A DNA stretch of 50,034 nucleotides from Methanobacteriota archaeon (lineage in GTDB: Archaea; Thermoplasmatota; E2; JACPAO01). The notes beneath the pieces are model-generated. The model was not told where the DNA came from and made no database searches. It saw only the letters and a list, made by a program, of their open reading frames with translations. Shown piece by piece: positions 17,263 through 24,867 of this stretch (position 1 is its first letter; each line of letters starts with the position of its first letter). The stretch is from positions 1 to 50,034 of the forward strand of contig JACPAO010000072.1 in the NCBI GenBank assembly GCA_016180755.1, written 5' to 3'. Made by a program: the position numbers and the translations under genes.

Positions 17263-18255
17263 CTACTCGTCCCCGGGCCGCATCCCGATTCGCTGGTCCT
17301 TGATTTGGACCTTGCCTTGGACGATGGCGTAGTCCCCGACCGTGACGCGGTCGAGCCGGGCGCCCGCCTCGATCTCGGCGCCCTCGCCGATGACGCAGTC
17401 CCGGAGGACGGCCTTCGCCCCGATGTGGGCGTCAGGGAGGAGGACGCTTCGTTCGACGACGGCGCCCGTTCCGAGCTCGACGCGGTCCCCGAGCGCGTAG
17501 GAGGAGAAGGAGGCATCCTGGAGGCCGCGGACCTCGGTGCCCACGACGTGCGGCTTCCCCTGGGCGGCCAAGGCGAGCCGGTGCGCTTCGAGGTAGGACT
17601 CGGGCCGGCCGCAGTCGATCCAGTATCCCTTGAACTCGAAGCCGAACAGGGTGGCCTCCGCCTTCGCCATCGGCGTGAAGACCTCGCGTTCGAGGCTCAC
17701 GAACTTGTTCTTGGGAATCTTGTCGAGGATGGCGAGGTCGAGGAGGTAGTGGCCCGCGTTGATGAGGTTCGAGGGTTCCTTGCCGGGGGGCGGCTTCTCG
17801 ACGAACTCCTCGATCCGGGCCTTCCCGTTGAAGCGCACGACCCCGTAGTGCCACGGGTCCTCGACGTGCCAGAGCGAGATCGTCGCCTTCGCCTTCCGGG
17901 CCTCGTGGAACCTGCGCATGGCCTCGAGGTCGTTCGACGACACGATGTCCGCGTTGTACACGAAGAAGGGCCCCGAGAAGTGCTTCTCGACGCGCTTTAT
18001 GGCGCCGCCCGTGCCCATCGCGGTCGGCTCGTCGACGAGCACGACACGCGGATCGGGGTGCTCCTCGAAGTGGGCTTGCATGAGCTCGGAGAGGTAGTTC
18101 ACGGGGACGACGACGGTGTCGACGGCCTTGGGGAGGCTCGCGAGGACCCAATCGACCATCGGCCGGTTGAGGATCGGAAGGAGCGGCTTGGGCCGGCTGT
18201 ACGTGAGCGGACGCATCCGTGTGCCCTGCCCACCCGCGAGGACGATGGCTTCCAT
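17263..18255 (-). CDS. Sugar-1-phosphate nucleotidylyltransferase with a C-terminal left-handed beta-helix (GlmU / mannose-1-P guanylyltransferase-like)
   Basis: 'MEAIVLAGGQGTRMRPLTYSRPKPLLPI' is the NTP-transferase signature. Hexapeptide-like repeats occupy the C-terminus. Its stop codon directly abuts the mutase ATG (TAGATG). Confidence 0.85.
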   Translation of the reverse strand: MEAIVLAGGQGTRMRPLTYSRPKPLLPILNRPMVDWVLASLPKAVDTVVVPVNYLSELMQAHFEEHPDPRVVLVDEPTAMGTGGAIKRVEKHFSGPFFVYNADIVSSNDLEAMRRFHEARKAKATISLWHVEDPWHYGVVRFNGKARIEEFVEKPPPGKEPSNLINAGHYLLDLAILDKIPKNKFVSLEREVFTPMAKAEATLFGFEFKGYWIDCGRPESYLEAHRLALAAQGKPHVVGTEVRGLQDASFSSYALGDRVELGTGAVVERSVLLPDAHIGAKAVLRDCVIGEGAEIEAGARLDRVTVGDYAIVQGKVQIKDQRIGMRPGDE

Positions 18256-18411
18256 GTCGGCGGCCGCCGAACGCTTCCCGGGATAAGGCCTTGCTGAGCC
18301 GAGCATCGCAGGCGCGTCCCACGGACGTTGTGCGCAGTTGAGCGCTCGACGCGGAGTCCGCGGCCTCGCCAAAGACAAGGGTTAAGTACGGGCCGTCCCA
18401 CTCGAAAAACG

Positions 18412-18807
18412 ATGAGGGCAAAGAGGGCGCTAATGGTAGTCAGCCTCCTCGTTTCGCTCGTGGCGGGCGGATCCTTCGGGGCCCTCGCCTTCCTCGACTC
18501 CAGTTCGCGGGACGGCTCCTCGGACCCCACCTTCGGCGAGAACGGCTTCGGCCCCGCCCCGACCCTCGACCGGGACGTCGGCACGGCCGCGGACGAGCGC
18601 GTCGAGGACGCGAGCGCCACCGGCCTGTTCCTTTGGATCGGCGCCATCGTCTCCAGCGTCGTGTTCCTCGTGAGCGCCACGCTCTTCCGCCTCGAGGTGC
18701 GAAAGGAGAAGGACAGCCTCCGCGCGAAGAAACAGCGCGCGGACTACTACAAGGAACTGCGAAAGTACAACGCCCAGCTCAAGGGTCCGCCGAAGGACAA
18801 CACGTAG
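18412..18807 (+). CDS. Hypothetical membrane protein (two TM helices)
   Basis: The ATG at 18412 gives 'MRAKRALMVVSLLVSLVAGGSFGALAFL'. A second TM is 'LFLWIGAIVSSVVFLVSATLF'. Confidence 0.55.
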   Translation: MRAKRALMVVSLLVSLVAGGSFGALAFLDSSSRDGSSDPTFGENGFGPAPTLDRDVGTAADERVEDASATGLFLWIGAIVSSVVFLVSATLFRLEVRKEKDSLRAKKQRADYYKELRKYNAQLKGPPKDNT

Positions 18808-18810
18808 GCG

Positions 18811-19221
18811 CTAGTTCTTGCCGCGGTTCCACAGTTCTTGGGGCAGCGCACGGTAGACCTTCAAGGCCTCGAGGTCCTCCCGCGAAAGGCCGGACATGCT
18901 CCGCTCGAGGTCGTCGTCGCGAAGCTCCTTCATGCGCCAGAAGTACGCGCGGCGCGTCTGGCCTTCGAACTTGTACTCGGTGCGGCGGATGCCAAGAAGG
19001 TTCTGCTGCTCGAGGGTGTAGAAGAGGGCGCGGACCTCCTTGTCGAGGTCCTCGTCGTTGACTTCGTCTTCGCCGCGGAACACCGAGGCGACGACGTCGG
19101 CTGTGGCGTCCGCGTCCTCGCGGAGCATGTTGAATGCCCGCCGAAGCGCGTCCGCCAACCGGTTATTACCCGCCAAGAGCCGTGTTCTCCCGGAACAGGC
19201 CCGCATACCGGGCCGGTCCAA
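18811..19221 (-). CDS. Hypothetical acidic protein
   Basis: The C-terminal two thirds look like a real protein ('RALFYTLEQQNLLGIRRTEYKFEGQTRRAYFWRMKEL'). The start is uncertain; the internal Met at 19128 is possible. Confidence 0.5.
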   Translation of the reverse strand: MDRPGMRACSGRTRLLAGNNRLADALRRAFNMLREDADATADVVASVFRGEDEVNDEDLDKEVRALFYTLEQQNLLGIRRTEYKFEGQTRRAYFWRMKELRDDDLERSMSGLSREDLEALKVYRALPQELWNRGKN

Positions 19222-19335
19222 ATAAGACCTTTGTGGTACCGCCGACGTAACCGGCGGACCGTCAAGATACCCTGGGGAAACGCCCGCCGCTTTCCTGGCG
19301 AACCCGGGGGCGGCGCGGTTCCCGCCCCGGCCAAG

Positions 19336-19343
19336 TATTTTAA
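19336..19343 (+). promoter_or_regulatory. TATA-like box (tattttaa) about 25 nt upstream of the M24 peptidase ATG
   Basis: This is the only AT-rich octamer in the GC-rich intergenic region. Its spacing fits a leaderless archaeal transcript. Confidence 0.4.
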
Positions 19344-19367
19344 CGACCCGCCGACCTGCGCGGCGAG

Positions 19368-20498
19368 ATGGCGGGAGGGAACCTAGCCCGGCGACGGGCG
19401 AAGAAGGTCTTCGCCGCCTTCAAGGCACTCGACGAGGACGTTCCCGAGGCCATCGTCCTTCGAAACGGCGTCGAGCCCCACATCGACCTGTCGTTCTTCT
19501 ACGCGACCGCCATCCCAAGCGGAATCTTCGAGGGAGGGATGTGCGTCCTCCACCGCGACGGCCACGTCGACGTGTTCTCGAGCGTCCTCGAGGAGGAGTC
19601 GGCGCGCAGGGCCCGGACCGGGTTCCGGCTCAGGGTCCCGAAGCGCCGCGGCGACGAGGCGAAGACGCTGCGGCGCGTCCTCGACGGCCGAGCGAAGAAG
19701 GCGATCGGCGTGAACTCGCCCGAGCTCACCTACCGCGACTTCCGGGTCCTTCGGAAGTACCTACCCAAGGCGAAGTTCGTCGACGCCTCGCGCGCGATCC
19801 TCCGCGCCCGCATGATCAAGGACGAGGCCGAGGTCGACGCCATCCGCGAAGCCTGCCGGATCGCCTCGAAGACGGCGAACGAGATCCCCGAGCTCCTCCG
19901 CGCCGGCATCACGGAGGCCGAGGTCGCCGCCGAGATCAACTACCGCAACCAGAAGTACGGCGGCCAAGGGCCGTCGTTCGACACGATCAGCGCGTTCGGC
20001 GCGAACGCCGCCGAGCCCCACTACACGGCGCTCGCATCGAAGCTCCGGCCCCGGAAGTTCGCGCTCTTCGACTTCGGCACCCGCTACAAGCGCTACTGTT
20101 CCGACATCACGCGCACCTTCTTCTTCGGGCGCCCGACGCCCAAGGACCGCCGCATGTACGACGTCGTCGCGCGGGCCCAGCAGGCGGCCTTCGACGTCCT
20201 CAAGCCCGGCGCCACCGGGAAGGAGGTCCACCTCGCGGCCGACCGCGTGATCAACGCGACCGAGTTCAAAGGGAAGTTCATCCACGGCCTCGGCCACGGG
20301 CTCGGCCTCGCCGTCCACGACGGAGGGGGCCTCAGCGGGGGAAGCGACACCGTCATGGAGCCCGGGATGGTCATGACCGTCGAGCCCGGCGTCTACCTCC
20401 CCGGCTACGGGGGCGTCCGAATCGAGGACGACGTCCTCATCACGCCGCGCGGGTTCCGGTTCCTCACGACGGCCCGGCGCGAGTTCGAGACGGTCTGA
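19368..20498 (+). CDS. Xaa-Pro aminopeptidase/dipeptidase (peptidase M24B)
   Basis: Motifs seen: 'FDFGTRYKRYCSDITRT', 'HGLGHGLGLAVHD' and 'GMVMTVEPGVYLPGYGGVRIEDDVLIT'. Confidence 0.9.
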   Translation: MAGGNLARRRAKKVFAAFKALDEDVPEAIVLRNGVEPHIDLSFFYATAIPSGIFEGGMCVLHRDGHVDVFSSVLEEESARRARTGFRLRVPKRRGDEAKTLRRVLDGRAKKAIGVNSPELTYRDFRVLRKYLPKAKFVDASRAILRARMIKDEAEVDAIREACRIASKTANEIPELLRAGITEAEVAAEINYRNQKYGGQGPSFDTISAFGANAAEPHYTALASKLRPRKFALFDFGTRYKRYCSDITRTFFFGRPTPKDRRMYDVVARAQQAAFDVLKPGATGKEVHLAADRVINATEFKGKFIHGLGHGLGLAVHDGGGLSGGSDTVMEPGMVMTVEPGVYLPGYGGVRIEDDVLITPRGFRFLTTARREFETV

Positions 20499-20590
20499 GC
20501 GGCGCCCGCGGCGGCCTCCAACGGTGGCCGCGTTACGTCCAAACGAAACCGCCAATAGCTTCTTGAACCGCCAAGAGTCCTTGTGCCGGT

Positions 20591-21670
20591 GTGAAGCGCG
20601 GCGCCGGCGTGCTCGTGGTCGTCGCGTTGGGGTTAGTCCTGGTTTCGGGATGCGCCGTCTCCCCGGACGGGGGGAACCAGGGCCTAGGTGGCGAGGCGGA
20701 GGTCGGCCCGGACATCACCGATCCGGCGAACCTCACGTTCGCCTTCGACAACCGCGCCCACGTCCATGACTACTGGGCAGGGGAATTCGAGAAAAGGATC
20801 TTCGACGCGGATTTCACGTTTCAACTGCCCCACGTCGGCTCGTCATGCGATTCCGGGGCGAACGGAAAGTCGTGCTTGCCGGTACGGCCGGACGAAGGGA
20901 CCATGATCATTCCCGGCACCCGTTGGATTAATGCCACGGTAACCTGGACTAGTTCCGATTCCGCCCCCGGAAAGACCGTGTATCTCGGTTGGTCTGCAGC
21001 CGATCATCGAACATCCGGCCAATTTCCCGACGTGAAATCCGGGTCGATACTTTCGATACCAGTGAACGAGTCGCTCACTGATTTGCCCCATGCCCGAACT
21101 ACACGATGGAGCTTCTTGTTGCTCCTGGAAGGCCGGGCCGGTGCCGTTTCGGGCCATATCTCGCTCACGATTGCCCGACCTGAAGGTCCTCTACCCCTGG
21201 CTCCGGCTCATCCACACCTCTGGGGTTTTAACCGCTCATTGACTGCCCTGGATGAGTCCGGCCGGCTGTGCGCAGGGGTATGTCCATCTGGCGGAAAGAT
21301 GCCTAGAAACCAGCTCAGGTGGACCACGCCCCCAATCGTTCCTTTCGATACCGAGCGCGTCCGAATCCTTTTTTGGTTCAATTCCACAACGCCGTCGGCG
21401 GGCTGGTTTCATCCGTTGTTGAGTTGGCATGGCGCAGATCGTTATGGTTTTGAACGGACCGATGTGGCGCCCCAGCCAGGATCCCCGACGGCCCTTGAGT
21501 GGACGATCGATGTCGAGCCAAGGATGTGGGACTCTCCGTACGCTAGCGAGACGAGCTGGGGGGTCCGGGTCTCATTCGAAGGCCAGACCGGAACCCTAGG
21601 CAATTTCCCGCCCTCGTACATGGACGGAAACTATCATCTGAGGGTCGAGTTCCAGCGGTCCACGCCGTAA
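20591..21670 (+). CDS. Secreted lipoprotein, homologous to the C-terminal module of the 24868-27177 protein
   Basis: Lipobox 'LVSGC'. Three segments align with the larger protein: 'AHVHDYWAGE' with 'EHLHDVWGDA', 'IIPGTRWINATVTW' with 'VLPGTGLVEVSLNW', and 'TRWSFLLLLEG' with 'TTWSFKLVLAN'. Confidence 0.7.
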   Translation: MKRGAGVLVVVALGLVLVSGCAVSPDGGNQGLGGEAEVGPDITDPANLTFAFDNRAHVHDYWAGEFEKRIFDADFTFQLPHVGSSCDSGANGKSCLPVRPDEGTMIIPGTRWINATVTWTSSDSAPGKTVYLGWSAADHRTSGQFPDVKSGSILSIPVNESLTDLPHARTTRWSFLLLLEGRAGAVSGHISLTIARPEGPLPLAPAHPHLWGFNRSLTALDESGRLCAGVCPSGGKMPRNQLRWTTPPIVPFDTERVRILFWFNSTTPSAGWFHPLLSWHGADRYGFERTDVAPQPGSPTALEWTIDVEPRMWDSPYASETSWGVRVSFEGQTGTLGNFPPSYMDGNYHLRVEFQRSTP

Positions 21671-21752
21671 CCCAAGGCTTCCCCAGGTTCCGCCCCGCCC
21701 CGCAAGCACCGTTACCAAAAACGGCCTCAACCGCCCGCACCAAGGGCGACCC

Positions 21753-22361
21753 GTGGACCGGCCGCTCGCGTGGGTCATCCTCGCCTCGCTTGCCGGCCTC
21801 GCCGCGATGGCGGGCGCGTCGGCCGTCGTCCATCCGCCCCGCGTCGCGCTCTCCGACCTCGCCGGGCACGTCGGAGCGACGGTCACGACCACCGCGAGGA
21901 TCCTGGAACTCGAGACCCACGAGGGCGGCTGGACTCGGCTCGTCCTGGGCGACGGGAACCATTCCGTCGAAGCCACCTCGGCCGGGCCGCCCGACGCCGT
22001 CCCGGGCGACGTCGCGGACGTGATCGGCCTCGTCGTGCGCGCGGGCCCGCGGCTGCGCCTGCAGGTCGACCACGCCGACGACGTGACCGTCCGCGTCCCC
22101 TGGCAGGACCAGCACGAGCCGCTCCGACGGATCCTCGATCGGCCCTGGGAACTCCGCGAGGCGCGCGTCGTCACCAGCGGCGAGCTCCGGCGCACCGGCC
22201 CGAACGCGTTCGTCGAGGACGACGGCCAACGCCTTCGCGCCGTCGGGGAAGGCCTCGAAGGATGGGAACCGGGGACGCTCCTGCGCGTCGAAGGACTCGT
22301 CGAGTACGACGAGGACAGCGGTTCGTTCCGGCTCCGCGTCGACCACGCCCGCCACGCCTAG
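21753..22361 (+). CDS. Hypothetical membrane-anchored protein (possible OB-fold)
   Basis: GTG start. The N-terminal TM is 'LAWVILASLAGLAAMAGASAVV'. The soluble part is beta-rich. Confidence 0.55.
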   Translation: MDRPLAWVILASLAGLAAMAGASAVVHPPRVALSDLAGHVGATVTTTARILELETHEGGWTRLVLGDGNHSVEATSAGPPDAVPGDVADVIGLVVRAGPRLRLQVDHADDVTVRVPWQDQHEPLRRILDRPWELREARVVTSGELRRTGPNAFVEDDGQRLRAVGEGLEGWEPGTLLRVEGLVEYDEDSGSFRLRVDHARHA

Positions 22362-22370
22362 GAGGCCGCC

Positions 22371-23639
22371 GTGCCGGTCCTCCTCGAACTCCTCGCGATC
22401 GCCGCCGCCGGCGCCGTGATCGGCTGCGCCACCGGCCTCATCCCGAGCCTCCACGTGAACACGCTCGCCGTCGTCCTCCTCGGCGCCGCCCCCGTCCTGG
22501 GGTTCGCGCTTGAGGCGACCGGCTTCCGCTCCCTCCCCACGCTCTTCCACGTCGCCGCCCTCATCCTCGCGATCAGCATCGCGCACAGCTTCGTGAACAT
22601 CATCCCCGCCACCTACCTCGGCGCGCCCGACGAGACGACGGCGCTCAGCGTCCTTCCCGGGCACAAGATGCTCCTTCGCGGGGTCGGCTACCGGGCCGTC
22701 CAGATCTCCGCGCACGCCTCCCAGTGGGCGGTCCTCGCAAGCGTCGCGCTCGTCCTTCCCCTCAAGTGGACCCTCGGCGAACCCCTTCGGCTCTTCGACG
22801 TCCTCCAACGGCACCTCTTCTGGGTCGTCCTCGCCGTCGCCCTCCTTCTCGTCCTCACCGAGCCCGGACCGGTGGGCCCCGCCCGCTGGAGTCGGCGCGC
22901 GCGGGCCCTCGCCGCCCGGGCCGCCGCGCTCGCGCTCCTTCTTGCGACGGCCGCGTACGGGCTCCTCCTCGACGGACTCCCCTACGCGAGCCTCGTCCCC
23001 ATCCCACCCAGCCCCCTCCTCCCGGCGCTCACCGGGCTCTTCGGCGCTGCCACGATCGTCTCCGCCCTCTCGCTCCCGGCGCGCCTTCCCCACCAGTTCC
23101 TCGAGCTCGGCCGCCGCGACCTCAAGCCGCTTGGCACCGTCGCCGCCCTCGGCTCGGGCGTCGTCGCCGGGGCGACGATGAGCGTCCTCCCCGGCCTCAC
23201 GAACGCGAGCGCCACCGCCATCGCCACGACGCTCCGCAAAGGAGACGACGAGGAGACGATCGTGAGCCTCAGCGCCGTCAACACGGCCAACGTCGTGTTC
23301 AACCTCGCCGTCCTCTACCTTTTCGCCCGCAGCCGCAGCGGGCCCGCCGCCAGGGTGAACGGGAAAGGCTACTACGTCGAGGCCACGGTGTTCGACGCGG
23401 TGCAGACGCAGAGAAGGCTCGAAGCCGTGGCGCAGAAGGAAGGCGACTACATCCGGCCGATCGCGGCGGTGTACATGACGCTCGTCGTCTTCGTCTTCAC
23501 GGGGCCCGCCGGCCTCCTCGTCGCCTTCACCGGTCTCGCGCTCGGCCTCGTCCCCGTGAGGCTCGGGCTGCGACGCACCTGCTTGACCGGCGTCCTCCTG
23601 GGGCCGGTCCTGGTCTACTTCGCGCCCGGGCGCGCTTGA
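22371..23639 (+). CDS. Polytopic membrane protein, TctA/DUF112-like
   Basis: About ten hydrophobic helices are present. 'GLIPSLHVNTLA' and 'GAPDETTALSVLPGHKML' resemble the DUF112 family. Confidence 0.6.
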   Translation: MPVLLELLAIAAAGAVIGCATGLIPSLHVNTLAVVLLGAAPVLGFALEATGFRSLPTLFHVAALILAISIAHSFVNIIPATYLGAPDETTALSVLPGHKMLLRGVGYRAVQISAHASQWAVLASVALVLPLKWTLGEPLRLFDVLQRHLFWVVLAVALLLVLTEPGPVGPARWSRRARALAARAAALALLLATAAYGLLLDGLPYASLVPIPPSPLLPALTGLFGAATIVSALSLPARLPHQFLELGRRDLKPLGTVAALGSGVVAGATMSVLPGLTNASATAIATTLRKGDDEETIVSLSAVNTANVVFNLAVLYLFARSRSGPAARVNGKGYYVEATVFDAVQTQRRLEAVAQKEGDYIRPIAAVYMTLVVFVFTGPAGLLVAFTGLALGLVPVRLGLRRTCLTGVLLGPVLVYFAPGRA

Positions 23640-24100
23640 AGCGACGCCGCCACCTCGGGCTCGAACGCCTTCACGTCGATGCCCCGCAGGCCCGCGACGA
23701 CGAGCGCCGCCACCTCGGCCCGAAGGAGGTCCCCGTTCTCCTTCTGGACTTGGTTCACGGCGGCGACGACCTGCGTCTCCGCTTCCTGCGTCTGCTCGGC
23801 GATGGAGCGTACCAGCCGACGAAAGAGGCTCGCGCCTCCGGGGGCCTGCGCGGTCGCCGAGGGGCCCTCGAGCGCGACCGCGTCGGGCCGGTAGTCGACG
23901 GGGAGCGCGACCTCGCGGCCGCCGAGGTCGAGCTCGTACGCGTGCGCTCCGGCCGCCCGAAGGAGGCCCGCCGACCGCGCGGACTGGACGAGCGCACGCA
24001 CGCGCGAGGGCGGGAACCAGTGGCGCTCGTGGGAAAGGAGCCGCACGAGGTCCTCCTCGAGGAGCCGACGCCGCGCCGATACCTGGAACGCGTACGCCAT
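23615..24100 (-). CDS. DUF2240-like conserved archaeal protein
   Basis: The pattern 'ERHWFPPSRVRALVQSARSAGLL...VALPVDYRPD...AVNQVQKENGDLLRAEVAALVVAGLRGIDV' matches haloarchaeal DUF2240 proteins as I recall them. The start was chosen at the Met (24100) that avoids overlap with the upstream gene. Confidence 0.5.
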   Translation of the reverse strand: MAYAFQVSARRRLLEEDLVRLLSHERHWFPPSRVRALVQSARSAGLLRAAGAHAYELDLGGREVALPVDYRPDAVALEGPSATAQAPGGASLFRRLVRSIAEQTQEAETQVVAAVNQVQKENGDLLRAEVAALVVAGLRGIDVKAFEPEVAASLQARPGAK

Positions 24101-24123
24101 GAGGCGTTCGAGCTCGGGGGCGG

Positions 24124-24744
24124 TCACGGATGCGTCTCCCGCCGAATCCAGCGCGCGAAGGCGGAGGGGGGCGGCGCGGACGCGTCCCACGAGAGTAGGC
24201 TCGCGGCGACGCGTTGGCTCTCGAGCTCCCGCGCGAACGCGTCGAGGGCGTGGGCGTCATGGGCCGCGTCGGGCTCGACGACCACGCCGGTCGCGTTCGT
24301 ATCCGCGACGACCCGCTGGAGCTCCCAGGGCTTCAACGTCGGGAACGCCTCACGGCCGCGGAACCCGACGGCGAGATGGAGTTCGCCCTCGGCGAGGCCC
24401 GCAAGCTCGAGGAGCGTCGCGCGACGAAGGAGGCGCAGGTCGAGCGTGAGGGCGTCCGCTCCGGCGAAGAACGCGTCCATGGCGTCCTCGGGTGAGCGGA
24501 CGCCGGCCTCGACCCAGGGATGGACGCCGCGCCGCTCGAGGCGTTGGTAGAATTCGTGCTGCGGGGCGCCGGCCTCGACCCCGCCCACGTCGTACACGTA
24601 GGGGACGCGTTCGGCGCGGCTCACGGCGACAACGGCCTCGACGGCCGCCTCCCCGTGGACGGCCGTCTTCGACCAGGCCCCCGGCCGGCCCGCCATAAGC
24701 CGGGCCCCGCGCAGGGCGAACATGGGGACGGTGGCCACGGGCAT
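24124..24744 (-). CDS. HisA/HisF-related barrel protein (function unknown)
   Basis: The length and the pattern 'VPYVYDVGGVEAG....GVHPWVEAGVRSPEDAMDAFFAGADALTL' resemble the archaeal HisA-like family. Confidence 0.5.
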   Translation of the reverse strand: MPVATVPMFALRGARLMAGRPGAWSKTAVHGEAAVEAVVAVSRAERVPYVYDVGGVEAGAPQHEFYQRLERRGVHPWVEAGVRSPEDAMDAFFAGADALTLDLRLLRRATLLELAGLAEGELHLAVGFRGREAFPTLKPWELQRVVADTNATGVVVEPDAAHDAHALDAFARELESQRVAASLLSWDASAPPPSAFARWIRRETHP

Positions 24745-24867
24745 CGGCCCCGAAAGGGCCCCCCTAAAAAATGGGCTTGGCCGCGGCTTCGGATGACGAT
24801 AGGACTCGAAAGCGCGGGACGAGACGGGAACCGTTAAGTACCACCGGCCTGGCTAGTTTGGCAACCC

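Noticed and set aside
21543-24260. 905-aa minus-strand ORF, the longest in the track
   Set aside because: Its translation is an R/G/P/A/E-rich low-complexity string with no motifs. It runs antisense to three well-supported genes: the OB-like protein, the TctA/DUF112-like membrane protein and the DUF2240-like protein. This is the typical off-frame artefact of ~70% GC DNA.
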